Source: an uncultured Gammaproteobacteria bacterium
Lineage (GTDB): Bacteria; Pseudomonadota; Gammaproteobacteria; Steroidobacterales; Steroidobacteraceae
Assembly (NCBI GenBank): GCA_963836805.1
Contig: CAWIKK010000001.1
Location: 702,758-766,757 of the forward strand
DNA: 64,000 bases
Direction of reading: 5' to 3'
The notes beneath the pieces were generated by a model. It had not been told where the DNA came from and did no database searches. It worked only from the letters and a program-made list of their open reading frames with translations. Below are positions 1 to 17,651 of this stretch, one piece after another. Both the position numbers and the translations under genes were made by a program. Every line of letters begins with the position of its first letter. Position 1 is the stretch's first letter.

Positions 1-287
1 GCCGGGTTGCGTTCCAAGGCGCTGTGAGCCAGTGCCAGTTCATAATGCGCCAGCGCCCATTGGGGATGCATCGCCACGAGCGGACTCAAGGCCTCCGCTG
101 CAGCCGTTGCATCGCCGCCGGTCCGTCGCGCTACCCCCAGCAGCAACATTGCCAGCGGATGAGCCGGTACCGCCTTGAGGATCTCGTTGGCCTGTTCAGC
201 CGCGAGAACGGGGTTGCTCTCCAATAGACGCGTGGCGTGCGCCAAAGCAACCTCGACGGAACTGACCGGTTCCGAGGCCTTGCCCAT
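1..287 (-). CDS. TPR-like helical-repeat protein, N-terminal fragment; the ORF runs off the window start
   Basis: Minus-strand ATG at 287..285 preceded by a GAAGGAA RBS. My translation is MGKASEPVSSVEVALAHATRLLESNPVLAAEQANEILKAVPAHPLAMLLLGVARR..., Ala/Leu-rich and TPR-like. Not in the ORF track because it is truncated by the window edge. Confidence 0.45.
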   Translation of the reverse strand, partial: MGKASEPVSSVEVALAHATRLLESNPVLAAEQANEILKAVPAHPLAMLLLGVARRTGGDATAAAEALSPLVAMHPQWALAHYELALAHSALERNP

Positions 288-362
288 TTTTGGTTCCTTC
301 AGTTGCCGTTAATGCGGTGGGATATGAAACCGCCGTTCGCCGGTTGTCAAATTTCCCTTATC

Positions 363-396
363 AAAAAAAAGGCCTCGAACTCTTGAGTCCGAGGCC
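363..396 (-). terminator. Intrinsic terminator after rpoC
   Basis: Minus strand reads GGCCTCGGACTCAAGAGTTCGAGGCC (long GC stem) followed directly by TTTTTTTT, about 28 nt after the rpoC stop. Confidence 0.75.
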
Positions 397-424
397 ACAT
401 TTTTCAGGAAATACTTCTTATTCT

Positions 425-4636
<4,212 letters not shown>

Positions 4637-4639
4637 AGA

Positions 4640-8724
<4,085 letters not shown>

Positions 8725-8730
8725 GACTTC

Positions 8731-8801
8731 TCCAGGCGCTTCGCGCCCATTTCCAGGCGCTTGCGCGCCAACTACTTAACGGGGCCGCAACGGCCCCGCC
8801 C
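8731..8801 (-). repeat. Composite intergenic hairpin module, copy D (rplL-rpoB spacer)
   Basis: Minus strand: GGGGCCGTTGCGGCCCC, then GTTAAGTAGTT, then GGCGCGCAAGCGCC TGGAAAT, then GGGCGCGAAGCGCC TGGAGAAGTC ATG(rpoB). Same architecture as copies A-C. Confidence 0.6.
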
Positions 8802-8802
8802 T

Positions 8803-8867
8803 AAAATCAAATCAAAGGCGCAGCCGATGGCTGCCGCGTAAGGTTTGCGGCAACCATCGAACTGCGC
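8803..8867 (-). terminator. rplL-rpoB attenuator-like hairpin plus U-tract
   Basis: Minus strand: GCGCAG-TTC-GATGGTTGCCGC-AAACCTTAC-GCGGCAGCCATC-GG-CTGCGC, followed by CTTTGATTTGATTTT. A partial terminator at this position is known for the E. coli rplJL-rpoBC operon. Confidence 0.5.
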
Positions 8868-8883
8868 ATATCGGCAATAATCA

Positions 8884-9267
8884 CTACTTGATGGCAGCCT
8901 TGGCGCCCGCGGCCTCGAGCTTAGTCTTGATAGCGTCGGCATCCGCCTTCGGAATGCCTTCCTTGACGGTTGAAGGCGCGCCCTCAACCAAGTCCTTCGC
9001 TTCCTTCAATCCCAAACCGGTGATTTCGCGGATGACCTTGATGACGCCCACTTTGTTGGCGCCGAACTCGGTCATGGTCACGGTGAATTCGGTTTGCGCC
9101 TCAGCAGCCGGAGCCGCTGCGCCGCCACCGCCGCCCGCCGCCGCCGCCGCGACAGGTGCCGCCGCAGTGACATTGAACTTCTTTTCCATATCGGCAATCA
9201 GCTCCACCACTTCCATGACCGACATCTTGGAAATTGTGTCGAGGATTTCGTCTTTCGTAACAGCCAT
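8884..9267 (-). CDS. rplL: 50S ribosomal protein L7/L12 (127 aa)
   Basis: [33 protein letters not shown], an Ala/Gly hinge, then [33 protein letters not shown] at 9267. The ORF-track start at 9435 is an upstream extension. Confidence 0.95.
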   Translation of the reverse strand: MAVTKDEILDTISKMSVMEVVELIADMEKKFNVTAAAPVAAAAAGGGGGAAAPAAEAQTEFTVTMTEFGANKVGVIKVIREITGLGLKEAKDLVEGAPSTVKEGIPKADADAIKTKLEAAGAKAAIK

Positions 9268-9313
9268 TATCGTCTCCAAAAAAAATATGGGTTTGTTTAA
9301 ACCCGAATCAGGA

Positions 9314-9856
9314 TTATTTCGCCGCCGCCTCAGCGCTTTTCTTGGCTTCAAGAACAGCAGCCAACGTCCGCACCAACTTCGAGTTGGGGGCAGCCAACGT
9401 ACCAACGAACTTCGCAATCGGCGCCTTGAGCACACCCAGCATCTTCGACAACGCCTGCGCGCGCGTGGGCAATGAAGCCACGCGCTCGAGTGAATCGGCC
9501 TTGAGCAGTTGCCCGCCCAAGGAGACGATCGTCGTCACCAATTTGTCGTTGTCCTTGGCAAAGGCCTTGACGATGCGGGCGGCAGCGCCCGGATCATCGT
9601 TGGAAAATGCCAGAACAATGGGTCCTTTCAACGCCGGAGAGATGCACTCGAAAGAGGTGCCGGCAACCGCCTTGCGTGCGAGTGTGTTCTTGACGATCCG
9701 CAGATAAACCCCTTCCTTGCGCGCCTTGGCGCGCAGGTCGGTCATCTGCGTCACGGTCAAGCCACGGTTCTCAGCGCCCACCACGGACAGGGCTTTCGCC
9801 GCGACCGCGTTGACTTCTGCCACCACGACTTTCTTCTCTTCTAACTTGAGTGCCAC
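9314..9856 (-). CDS. rplJ: 50S ribosomal protein L10 (180 aa, GTG start)
   Basis: [64 protein letters not shown] matches the L10 N-terminus. Order rplA-rplJ-rplL. Confidence 0.95.
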   Translation of the reverse strand: MALKLEEKKVVVAEVNAVAAKALSVVGAENRGLTVTQMTDLRAKARKEGVYLRIVKNTLARKAVAGTSFECISPALKGPIVLAFSNDDPGAAARIVKAFAKDNDKLVTTIVSLGGQLLKADSLERVASLPTRAQALSKMLGVLKAPIAKFVGTLAAPNSKLVRTLAAVLEAKKSAEAAAK

Positions 9857-10093
9857 TAAGGTTCCCCTTTAAGAGAAGCGTCACACATCAGATGCGCGCG
9901 CCGCCGCCCGCATCCACCCTTTGAGTACCTCAAGTACTCATTGGTGCGACCTTCTCAGGCAAATCCTGATTCGGTCCCACCATCTGCGCAGGCTGGCTTT
10001 AAGAGTCTCTTGAGCGCCCTGCGGAACCCTAAACTCGCCTGCGGTCTTCGATGGTGGGTGCGCTCGGCCTTGCAGCCTCACGCAGCCCTCCAT
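9857..10093 (-). promoter_or_regulatory. rplJ 5' leader region (candidate L10 promoter and L10(L12)4 autoregulatory leader)
   Basis: 237-nt structured non-coding spacer upstream of rplJ with several long-range complementary segments. The call rests on position and analogy to the E. coli rplJ leader. No covariance model was run. Confidence 0.3.
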
Positions 10094-10163
10094 CTTTCTA
10101 GGCGCTTGCGCATGTTTCCATGCGCTTCGCGCAACAATTCCCGGGGCCGATGCGGCCCCGGCC
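10094..10163 (-). repeat. Composite intergenic hairpin module, copy C (rplA-rplJ spacer)
   Basis: Minus strand: CCGGGGCCGCATCGGCCCCGG, then GAATTGTT, then GCGCGAAGCGC ATGGAAACAT, then GCGCAAGCGCC TAGAAAGA. Confidence 0.6.
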
Positions 10164-10177
10164 TTAAAGTCAAAGAA

Positions 10178-10882
10178 CTAAATCTTCAGCAATCCCAAGC
10201 TCGACTGATCGACCGTCACTCCGGGGCCCATGGTCGAGGAGACAGTCAGCTTCTTCAGGTAAATACCCTTGGAAGTCGCCGGCTTGATCTTCTGCAGATC
10301 GTTGACCAGCGCCAACAGATTTTCCTTCAGCGCGCTCGGCTCGAAATTCGCTCGTCCGATCTGCGCATGCACGATGCCCGCCTTGTCGGTGCGATAGCGC
10401 ACCTGACCGGACTTCGCATTCTTCACGGCTTCCGCCACGTTGGGCGTTACCGTACCGACCTTCGGGTTCGGCATGAGCCCGCGGGGGCCCAAGATCTGAC
10501 CCAGCTGGCCGACGATGCGCATGGCATCGGGACTGGCGATGACCACATCGAAATCGATCTGTCCGGCCTTCACCTTTTCAGCCAGATCCTCGAAACCGAC
10601 AATGTCGGCGCCCGCCGCTTTGGCAGCATCGGCATTCTTGCCCTGCGTGAAGACCGCCACACGCACCGTCTTGCCGGTCCCATGAGGCATCACGGTTGAA
10701 CCGCGCACCTGTTGGTCCGACTTGGTGGCATCGACGCCCAGATTTACGGATACGTCCACGGACTCATTGAACTTTGCGGTCGCAAATTCCTTCACGAGCT
10801 TCAGAGCGTCGTCGATTGCATAAGCCTTGCCCGGCGGCAGCTTCTCTTTCCAGGTCTTGGTACGTTTGGCTACTGCAGGCAT
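10178..10882 (-). CDS. rplA: 50S ribosomal protein L1
   Basis: [64 protein letters not shown] at 10882, one nt after the rplK stop. The track start 10906 overlaps rplK. Confidence 0.93.
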   Translation of the reverse strand: MPAVAKRTKTWKEKLPPGKAYAIDDALKLVKEFATAKFNESVDVSVNLGVDATKSDQQVRGSTVMPHGTGKTVRVAVFTQGKNADAAKAAGADIVGFEDLAEKVKAGQIDFDVVIASPDAMRIVGQLGQILGPRGLMPNPKVGTVTPNVAEAVKNAKSGQVRYRTDKAGIVHAQIGRANFEPSALKENLLALVNDLQKIKPATSKGIYLKKLTVSSTMGPGVTVDQSSLGLLKI

Positions 10883-10883
10883 G

Positions 10884-11315
10884 TCACACTCCCTCCACGT
10901 CAACACCCATGCTGCGCGCGCTGCCCGCGATGGTGCGCACGGCCGCGTCCAAATCGGCGGCGGTCAAATCGGGCATTTTCACCTTGGCGATGTCCTCGAG
11001 CTGCTTGCGGGTCACTTTCCCGACTTTCGCCGTGTTCGGCGTGGCGCTCCCCTTGGGGATGCCGAGCGCCTTCGCGATGAGCACTGACGCCGGCGGCGTC
11101 TTCATGATGAAGGTAAAGCTGCGGTCGCTATATACCGTTATCACTACTGGGGTCGGTAATCCTTTTTCCAAGGCCTGCGTCTGGGCATTAAACGCCTTGC
11201 AGAACTCCATGATGTTCACACCCTGTTGGCCCAAAGCCGGACCTACCGGCGGCGAGGGATTGGCCTGGCCTGCAGGGATCTGCAGCTTGATATAGCCGGT
11301 GACTTTCTTTGCCAT
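10884..11315 (-). CDS. rplK: 50S ribosomal protein L11 (143 aa)
   Basis: [44 protein letters not shown], the canonical L11 N-terminus. Confidence 0.96.
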   Translation of the reverse strand: MAKKVTGYIKLQIPAGQANPSPPVGPALGQQGVNIMEFCKAFNAQTQALEKGLPTPVVITVYSDRSFTFIMKTPPASVLIAKALGIPKGSATPNTAKVGKVTRKQLEDIAKVKMPDLTAADLDAAVRTIAGSARSMGVDVEGV

Positions 11316-11360
11316 CTAAAACTCCTGTGGGTGCAAACGCCGCCTGTGCGGCTCCCCGTG

Positions 11361-11453
11361 TTCAGGCGCTTACGCCTATTTCTAGGCGCTGACGCGCCTA
11401 TTTCCAGGCGCTTTCGCGCCAACCTTTCAACAGGGCCGAAGCGGCCCCGCCCT
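11361..11453 (-). repeat. Composite intergenic hairpin module, copy B (nusG-rplK spacer, three small hairpins)
   Basis: Minus strand: GGGGCCGCTTCGGCCC TGTTGAAAGGTT, then GGCGCGAAAGCGCC TGGAAATA, then GGCGCGTCAGCGCC TAGAAATA, then GGCGTAAGCGCC TGAACAC. Confidence 0.6.
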
Positions 11454-11461
11454 GTAAAAAA

Positions 11462-11995
11462 TCAACCCTTCTCGACCTGCGAGAAATCCAATTCCACCGG
11501 CGTGGAACGCCCGAGGATCTGCACCGCCACCTGCAGCCGGTTCTTTTCGTAATTCACGGACTCGACCACGCCGTTGAAATCGTTGAACGGACCGTCGGTC
11601 ACCCGCACCACTTCGCCGGGCTCGAACAGCACCTTCGGCTTGGGCTTGTCCACGCCTTCCTCGACGCGGCGCAAGATCGACATGGCCTCCCGGTCGGTGA
11701 TCGCCGCCGGCTTGTCGCTGGTGCCGCCGATGAATCCCAATACTTTCGGCACCTCTTTCACGAGGTGCCAGGTGTCCTCGTCCATTTCCATCTGCACGAG
11801 CACATAGCCCGGGAAGAACTTGCGGTCGGATTTGCGCTTCTGCCCATCGCGCATCTCGACAACTTCTTCCGTGGGCACCAGAATTTCACCGAACTTGGCC
11901 TCGAGGCCGGCTCGCTTGACGCGCTCCTTCAGTGACTCCGAGACCTTGTGCTCGAAGTTCGAGTAAGCGTGAACCACATACCATCGCAAGGACAT
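11462..11995 (-). CDS. nusG: Transcription termination/antitermination factor NusG (177 aa)
   Basis: [18 protein letters not shown].., with the KOW region [21 protein letters not shown]. secE-nusG-rplK synteny. Confidence 0.96.
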   Translation of the reverse strand: MSLRWYVVHAYSNFEHKVSESLKERVKRAGLEAKFGEILVPTEEVVEMRDGQKRKSDRKFFPGYVLVQMEMDEDTWHLVKEVPKVLGFIGGTSDKPAAITDREAMSILRRVEEGVDKPKPKVLFEPGEVVRVTDGPFNDFNGVVESVNYEKNRLQVAVQILGRSTPVELDFSQVEKG

Positions 11996-12011
11996 AAGAG
12001 CTCCGCGTCCG

Positions 12012-12392
12012 CTAACCCGGTGTGCCGCCCAAAAAGCGGGTCATCCAGGTGAGCACCCAATCAAGTAAGAAAAAGAAAAATCCCATCGCAGCTGCGAATA
12101 CGAACACCACAAGCGTCGTATTGCGGGTCTCCTGCTGCGTCGGCCAAACCACTTTGCGCAATTCCACACGCGCGGCCTGAGCAAACAAGACGAACTCCTT
12201 GCCATACACGCTCAGCCACATAAGGCCCGCGCCGGCAGCTATGCCCGCGACAACCATGCCGATGCGCAGCGCCAGCCCTTGCTCGTCAAACCAATAGAAC
12301 GCTGCAATCCCGGCGAGAATCGCAATGATCGACAAAATCAGCAGTGCGGTGTCCTTGAATGACGAGACCGCCGGTGTTTGCACTTCAGCCAT
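12012..12392 (-). CDS. secE: Preprotein translocase subunit SecE (126 aa, three TM segments)
   Basis: Three hydrophobic segments, conserved C-terminal [19 protein letters not shown], position between tRNA-Trp and nusG. Confidence 0.9.
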   Translation of the reverse strand: MAEVQTPAVSSFKDTALLILSIIAILAGIAAFYWFDEQGLALRIGMVVAGIAAGAGLMWLSVYGKEFVLFAQAARVELRKVVWPTQQETRNTTLVVFVFAAAMGFFFFLLDWVLTWMTRFLGGTPG

Positions 12393-12423
12393 GTACTTCC
12401 GCTGTCCTACGGGCGCGCATCAA

Positions 12424-12499
12424 TGGCAGGGCAGGAGGGAATCGAACCCCCAACCTGCGGTTTTGGAGACCGCCGCTCTGCCAATTGAGCTACTGCCCT
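12424..12499 (-). tRNA. trpT: tRNA-Trp (anticodon CCA)
   Basis: Reverse complement is AGGGCAGTAGCTCAATTGGCAGAGCGGCGGTCTCCAAAACCGCAGGTTGGGGGTTCGATTCCCTCCTGCCCTGCCA. It has a 7-bp acceptor stem, a CCA anticodon in a 7-nt loop, a GTTCGATTC T-loop and an encoded CCA end. Confidence 0.93.
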
Positions 12500-12547
12500 A
12501 TTCAATGCGCTGCGCGCAAACCTTTCAACGAGGCCGATGCGGCCCCA
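12500..12547 (-). repeat. Composite intergenic hairpin module, copy A (tuf to tRNA-Trp spacer, one small hairpin)
   Basis: Minus strand: GGGGCCGCATCGGCCTC GTTGAAAGGTTT GCGCGCAGCGC ATTGAATA, abutting the tRNA-Trp 5' end. Confidence 0.6.
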
Positions 12548-12563
12548 ACCATTAAAAATAAGA

Positions 12564-13754
<1,191 letters not shown>

Positions 13755-13784
13755 GGCAAGTACCTCTCAAAAATTAGAAAACTC

Positions 13785-13860
13785 TGGAGCCCACGAACGG
13801 GATCGAACCGTTGACCTCGTCCTTACCAAGGACGTGCTCTACCAACTGAGCTACGTGGGC
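13785..13860 (-). tRNA. tRNA-Thr (anticodon GGT)
   Basis: Reverse complement is GCCCACGTAGCTCAGTTGGTAGAGCACGTCCTTGGTAAGGACGAGGTCAACGGTTCGATCCCGTTCGTGGGCTCCA. Cloverleaf is consistent and CCA is encoded. Confidence 0.93.
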
Positions 13861-13870
13861 CGCATCCATT

Positions 13871-13944
13871 TGGAGCGGGTGATGGGAATCGAACCCACGT
13901 GATCAGCTTGGAAGGCTGACGTTCTACCATTGAACTACACCCGC
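13871..13944 (-). tRNA. tRNA-Gly (anticodon TCC)
   Basis: Reverse complement is GCGGGTGTAGTTCAATGGTAGAACGTCAGCCTTCCAAGCTGATCACGTGGGTTCGATTCCCATCACCCGCTCCA. Confidence 0.93.
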
Positions 13945-13983
13945 ACTCCTACTAAGCCAATGGCACGACCCCACATCCTTCGC

Positions 13984-14069
13984 TGGTGGAGGGGGTAGGA
14001 TTCGAACCTACGAAGGCATAAGCCAGCAGATTTACAGTCTGCCCCCGTTGGCCGCTTGGGTACCCCTCC
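13984..14069 (-). tRNA. tRNA-Tyr (anticodon GTA, long variable arm)
   Basis: Reverse complement is GGAGGGGTACCCAAGCGGCCAACGGGGGCAGACTGTAAATCTGCTGGCTTATGCCTTCGTAGGTTCGAATCCTACCCCCTCCACCA. Confidence 0.93.
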
Positions 14070-14085
14070 CTAAAATGAGCCGCGT

Positions 14086-14120
14086 ATTTTGCGGTGCGCG
14101 TCCCCTAGTGTCAATGTCAA
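14086..14120 (-). promoter_or_regulatory. Candidate sigma70 promoter of the tRNA-tuf operon
   Basis: Minus strand: tandem TTGACATTGACA, then a 17-nt spacer, then CAAAAT, then a GC-rich discriminator ACGCGGC. It lies about 17 nt upstream of the tRNA-Tyr 5' end. Pattern match only. Confidence 0.4.
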
Positions 14121-14171
14121 GTCAGGACGAATCTGATCCGCCGGCCCTTCCGGGCTGTCGGGGCTTGATGC

Positions 14172-14199
14172 TATCGTAAGATATGAGTATCGTAAGATA
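14172..14199. promoter_or_regulatory. Direct repeat TATCGTAAGATA x2 (4-nt spacer), candidate PadR operator
   Basis: Copies at 14172-14183 and 14188-14199 are identical. The junction GATATGAGTATC is itself partly palindromic. Located 27 nt upstream of the padR ATG. Confidence 0.35.
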
Positions 14200-14225
14200 C
14201 GTTTTAAGACATATCGAGAGATACA

Positions 14226-14849
14226 ATGCACCATCGTCTATATCACTTCATCGGCCGGCATCGCGGCCATTACGGATTCGGCCCGTTCGGCAAGGGCTTC
14301 ATGGAGGGCGGCGGCATGGGCGGCCGCGGATTCGGCATGGGCCGAAAGCTCTCCTCCGCGGATTTGCAGCTGCTGATCCTGAAGTTGCTCCACGAAAAGT
14401 CGCGCTACGGCTACGAGATCATCAAGGAATTGGACGAGCGCTCGAAAGGCTTCTATGTCCCGAGCCCGGGCATGGTTTATCCCGCGTTGACCTATTTAGA
14501 AGAGATCGGGCACGCGACGGTGTCGGCCGACGGCTCCCGAAAGCAGTACAGCATCACCCCGGCCGGCAAAGAGCACCTGGCGAAAAATCTAGCCTCGGCA
14601 GATGCGCTCTTTACGCAATTCGGCCGCGTGGGCGAGCGCATGGAACGGCTCCGCCGGGCGCTCCACGCGGAGGCGGAGGGAGGTGGCGACGAGCCGGGCG
14701 ATCACGAACGCCGGGGTTCGCGCGAGCTGCATCGAGCACGGCGAGATCTGCAACTCGCACTGGCCGACAAGTGGCACAGCTCGCGCGAGGAACAGCAGCG
14801 CATCGCCGTCATTCTTGCGCGTGCCGCTGCGGAAATTGCCGGCAGCTGA
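14226..14849 (+). CDS. PadR family transcriptional regulator (207 aa) with a Gly-rich N-terminal extension
   Basis: Winged-helix core LLILKLLHEKSRYGYEIIKELDERSKGFYVPSPGMVYPALTYLEEIGHATV is typical of PadR. The overlapping frame 14183..14974 has no recognisable domain. Confidence 0.85.
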   Translation: MHHRLYHFIGRHRGHYGFGPFGKGFMEGGGMGGRGFGMGRKLSSADLQLLILKLLHEKSRYGYEIIKELDERSKGFYVPSPGMVYPALTYLEEIGHATVSADGSRKQYSITPAGKEHLAKNLASADALFTQFGRVGERMERLRRALHAEAEGGGDEPGDHERRGSRELHRARRDLQLALADKWHSSREEQQRIAVILARAAAEIAGS

Positions 14850-14867
14850 CTCTCGCGGCGGCGCCTG

Positions 14868-14888
14868 GGAGCCTGTCTGAGTATTCAA
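14868..14888. repeat. 21-nt exact repeat GGAGCCTGTCTGAGTATTCAA, copy 1
   Basis: Identical to 52493-52513. Here GGAGCCTGT (14868-14876) pairs with ACAGGCTCC (14896-14904) to form a 9-bp hairpin between the convergent padR and S9 peptidase genes. Confidence 0.7.
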
Positions 14889-14903
14889 CGTTGCCACAGG
14901 CTC

Positions 14904-17336
14904 CTAGCGCAAATTGGCTTCGAACAGCCGGTATATCCGCTTGTATTCATCGAGCCAGGAGTCGGCGTTGGTGAAGCCGTGACGATCCAACGGATACGGC
15001 GACATGCTGAAATTGTCCTTGTGCAATTCGATCAAGCGCTGGTACAAGCGCATTGAATCTTCGAACAGCACATTGTCGTCGATCACGCCGTGGCAGATGA
15101 GCAGCGCGTCCTGCAATCCCGCGGCAAATTCGATCGGTGAAGATCGTGCATAGGCGATCGGGTCGGCCTGCGGGTCATTCAAAATTCCCGAGGTGTATTC
15201 ATGGTCGTACTGCATCCAGTCCGTAACCGGACGCAGCGCGGCGCCCGCCGCAAACTCGCCGGGCGCGCGGAACAGCGCCATCAGGGTCATGAACCCGCCG
15301 TAGGAACCGCCGTACACCCCGAAATGTTTCGGATCGGCGTTTCCCTGCTCGATCAGCCATTTCTTGCCGTCCAGCATGTCTTCCAGTTCTGGATGTCCCA
15401 TCTGCCGGTAGATGGCGGTACGCCATTCAGCGCCATAGCCGGCCGAGGCGCGGTAGTCCATGTCGAGCACCACATAACCCTGGTGCGCCAACATGTTGTT
15501 GAACATCTGCTCGCGAAAGTAGTACGAGTAGCGCAGATGCACATCTTGCATATATCCGGCGCCGTGGATGAACAGCACCGCCGGCTTTCTCGTCGCGGCG
15601 CCGAGGACGTTGTCGCGATAAAGCTTGGCATAGATCGCGCCGCCAAAATGCGTCGACGGAATCTTCACGATCTCAGGCTGGATCCAAGTCATGGACTTGT
15701 ATTCGGCCGTGCGGGTATCCGTGAGTTCACGCACTGCGCCGGAGCCGTCGGCCTTGGCAACGGCGATTTGCGTGCGCATGTACGGCGCTGAGTGGCTCAG
15801 CAGCAGCTGCTTGCCGCTTCGGTCCAGCTCGGCCTTTTCGACGCCCTGCAGCGTCGTCACCCGCTGCAGGACCCCGCCGCCGCTCGCAACACGATAGACA
15901 TCATAAGAATAGGGTGCCACTTGATTGCTGAGCACGTAGAACCAGCGCCCATCTTCGGACAGTTGCGGACTCGACACTTCGAATTGGCCATGAGTCAGTG
16001 CTCGCGCCGCGCCGTTCAAGGCCTTGGTGTACAGATGCGCATAACCTGACTCTTCAGACTCGTACCAAAGCGTACGATTGTCGTTGAGCCATCCAAATTC
16101 ATTGAATGCCCCGCCGATCCAGGCCGCATTGCTCAAGCGATGCTGCGGCAGCAGCGTATAACTCGCCAGATCGACGCTGACCAGCCATCGATCCTTGTGA
16201 TCGATCGCGTACATCTCTATGCCGAGCTCGCCTCCGTCCGAGCTCCATATGATGCCGCCGCTCAAGGCATCCGGTTCATCGTTGATTATCCAGATCCCGC
16301 GAGCCTGCCTGTCGCTGCCCGCCGCAGCGGCTTGCGGATTGCCGGGCGGGTGCGCCTTGGCATTTTCTTCGCGGACAGCCTTCAATGGATCGTCGTAAAT
16401 TCCGGGCAGCTTCTCCAGCGAGAGCGCATGCATGGTGTGATCAACGAGATTGAGCAGCATCAGACTTTGCGGAGCCGGTGGGTTGCGGCCGGCGCGTAAG
16501 CGCTCTTTTTCGAACTCTTCGTAACCCGACTCGGTGACATAGCGGGTCAGCTGGCCTTCCCTGCCCTTGACGTGAGACTTGGGCTCGGTCACCACCAGCA
16601 GCCAATGCGCGTCCGGCGACAGTTCGCTGCCGCGAACGAGCACTTCGTCGCCAAGATAAAACGGCAGCATCGCACGCGAGGCATCGCCTTTCTGCATGGC
16701 CTCGTCGTGGATTCGAGCGGCTTCGGTATCGTCATGCAGCTTCTTCAAGGTCGCGAAAGTGCGCAACTGCATTTCACGCAAGTCATCCGCCGCCGGCGCT
16801 GCGTTCGGGTCCTTTTCCGCTTTGACGACGGCGGCGGGCGCCGTCACTCCGCCGCCGAATTCGTGCACGAACCACTCATTGCCGATGCGGAAGCTCAAGA
16901 GTTTGCCGTCGGCCGAAAATCGCGGATCGGATTTTGGCTGCGGCGAGCGGGTAATTTGCGTCAAGCGGCCGTTGGCCAAATCGCGCACAAAAATGTCGTG
17001 ATGGCGCACGAACGCCGCGCGTTTGCCGGCGCGATCGTAGACCGCCGGCCCGTCGGCGCTCGCCATGCCGCCCGCGTCCACCACCGCATCTTGGCTGCCG
17101 TTGGCATCGATGCGATGCAAATCGACAATGGGCGAACCGGAGCGCTTCAACGAGTAGTACACCGCACGGCCGTCCGCGGACCAATAGGCGTCTCTCACCG
17201 GCGGCCCTATCCAATCAGGATCGGCCATGATTTTTTCGAGTGCCAAGGCCGTTTGCGCTGGAGCTGCGCGGGCACCGAGACTCCACGAACTCGCAATACA
17301 CGCAGCCAGGGAAAGCACGCAGCAGAAATACTTCAT
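14904..17336 (-). CDS. S9 family serine peptidase, DPP-IV-like (810 aa, signal peptide)
   Basis: N-terminal signal MKYFCCVLSLAACIASSWSLGARA, a long beta-propeller-like N-region, and a C-terminal alpha/beta hydrolase with nucleophile motif GGSYGGFMTL. Confidence 0.85.
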   Translation of the reverse strand: MKYFCCVLSLAACIASSWSLGARAAPAQTALALEKIMADPDWIGPPVRDAYWSADGRAVYYSLKRSGSPIVDLHRIDANGSQDAVVDAGGMASADGPAVYDRAGKRAAFVRHHDIFVRDLANGRLTQITRSPQPKSDPRFSADGKLLSFRIGNEWFVHEFGGGVTAPAAVVKAEKDPNAAPAADDLREMQLRTFATLKKLHDDTEAARIHDEAMQKGDASRAMLPFYLGDEVLVRGSELSPDAHWLLVVTEPKSHVKGREGQLTRYVTESGYEEFEKERLRAGRNPPAPQSLMLLNLVDHTMHALSLEKLPGIYDDPLKAVREENAKAHPPGNPQAAAAGSDRQARGIWIINDEPDALSGGIIWSSDGGELGIEMYAIDHKDRWLVSVDLASYTLLPQHRLSNAAWIGGAFNEFGWLNDNRTLWYESEESGYAHLYTKALNGAARALTHGQFEVSSPQLSEDGRWFYVLSNQVAPYSYDVYRVASGGGVLQRVTTLQGVEKAELDRSGKQLLLSHSAPYMRTQIAVAKADGSGAVRELTDTRTAEYKSMTWIQPEIVKIPSTHFGGAIYAKLYRDNVLGAATRKPAVLFIHGAGYMQDVHLRYSYYFREQMFNNMLAHQGYVVLDMDYRASAGYGAEWRTAIYRQMGHPELEDMLDGKKWLIEQGNADPKHFGVYGGSYGGFMTLMALFRAPGEFAAGAALRPVTDWMQYDHEYTSGILNDPQADPIAYARSSPIEFAAGLQDALLICHGVIDDNVLFEDSMRLYQRLIELHKDNFSMSPYPLDRHGFTNADSWLDEYKRIYRLFEANLR

Positions 17337-17437
17337 TGGTACCGCCTGAGTGATTGTTCTATGCCGTTTCGAACCGGCATTCTACTTATCGCACGGCAAA
17401 AGCCACACCATGGCGGTGATGTTGAAGCCGCTCACGC

Positions 17438-17638
17438 TCAGGCGTACTCGTCGATGTGTGATTTGGGCGGCCGCGGCCCGGTATCGGGTTGCGGGGTTCC
17501 CGTGGATCTTGCGGCAGGCTTTTCCGGGCCACGGTCCGCGCGTTGCCCCCGCTCCTTATCGTCCCGCGAGGAGCGCCGGTCCGCGATCGGCAGCGCCGGA
17601 AAGAGACCTGAATTGCTCAAGCGATCAACCTCACTCAT
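17438..17638 (-). CDS. Hypothetical small hydrophilic protein (66 aa)
   Basis: ATG lies 13 nt after the motB stop with GAGG 7 nt upstream. Third-position GC is high, like neighbouring genes. No recognisable domain; could be non-coding. Confidence 0.25.
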   Translation of the reverse strand: MSEVDRLSNSGLFPALPIADRRSSRDDKERGQRADRGPEKPAARSTGTPQPDTGPRPPKSHIDEYA

Positions 17639-17651
17639 TGCGAGACCTCGC

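Noticed and set aside
8781-8797. The GGGGCCG-N4-CGGCCCC hairpins (also at 10141-10161, 11433-11449 and 12531-12547) as intrinsic terminators.
   Set aside because: On the transcribed strand the T-run precedes the stem rather than following it, and A-runs follow on the other strand. They are reported as a repeat family instead.
13785-14069. The tRNA cluster as an integration hotspot, or a genomic island next to it.
   Set aside because: No integrase, no duplicated tRNA 3' end and no att-like direct repeat are present. The neighbouring padR and peptidase genes show no mobile-element signature.
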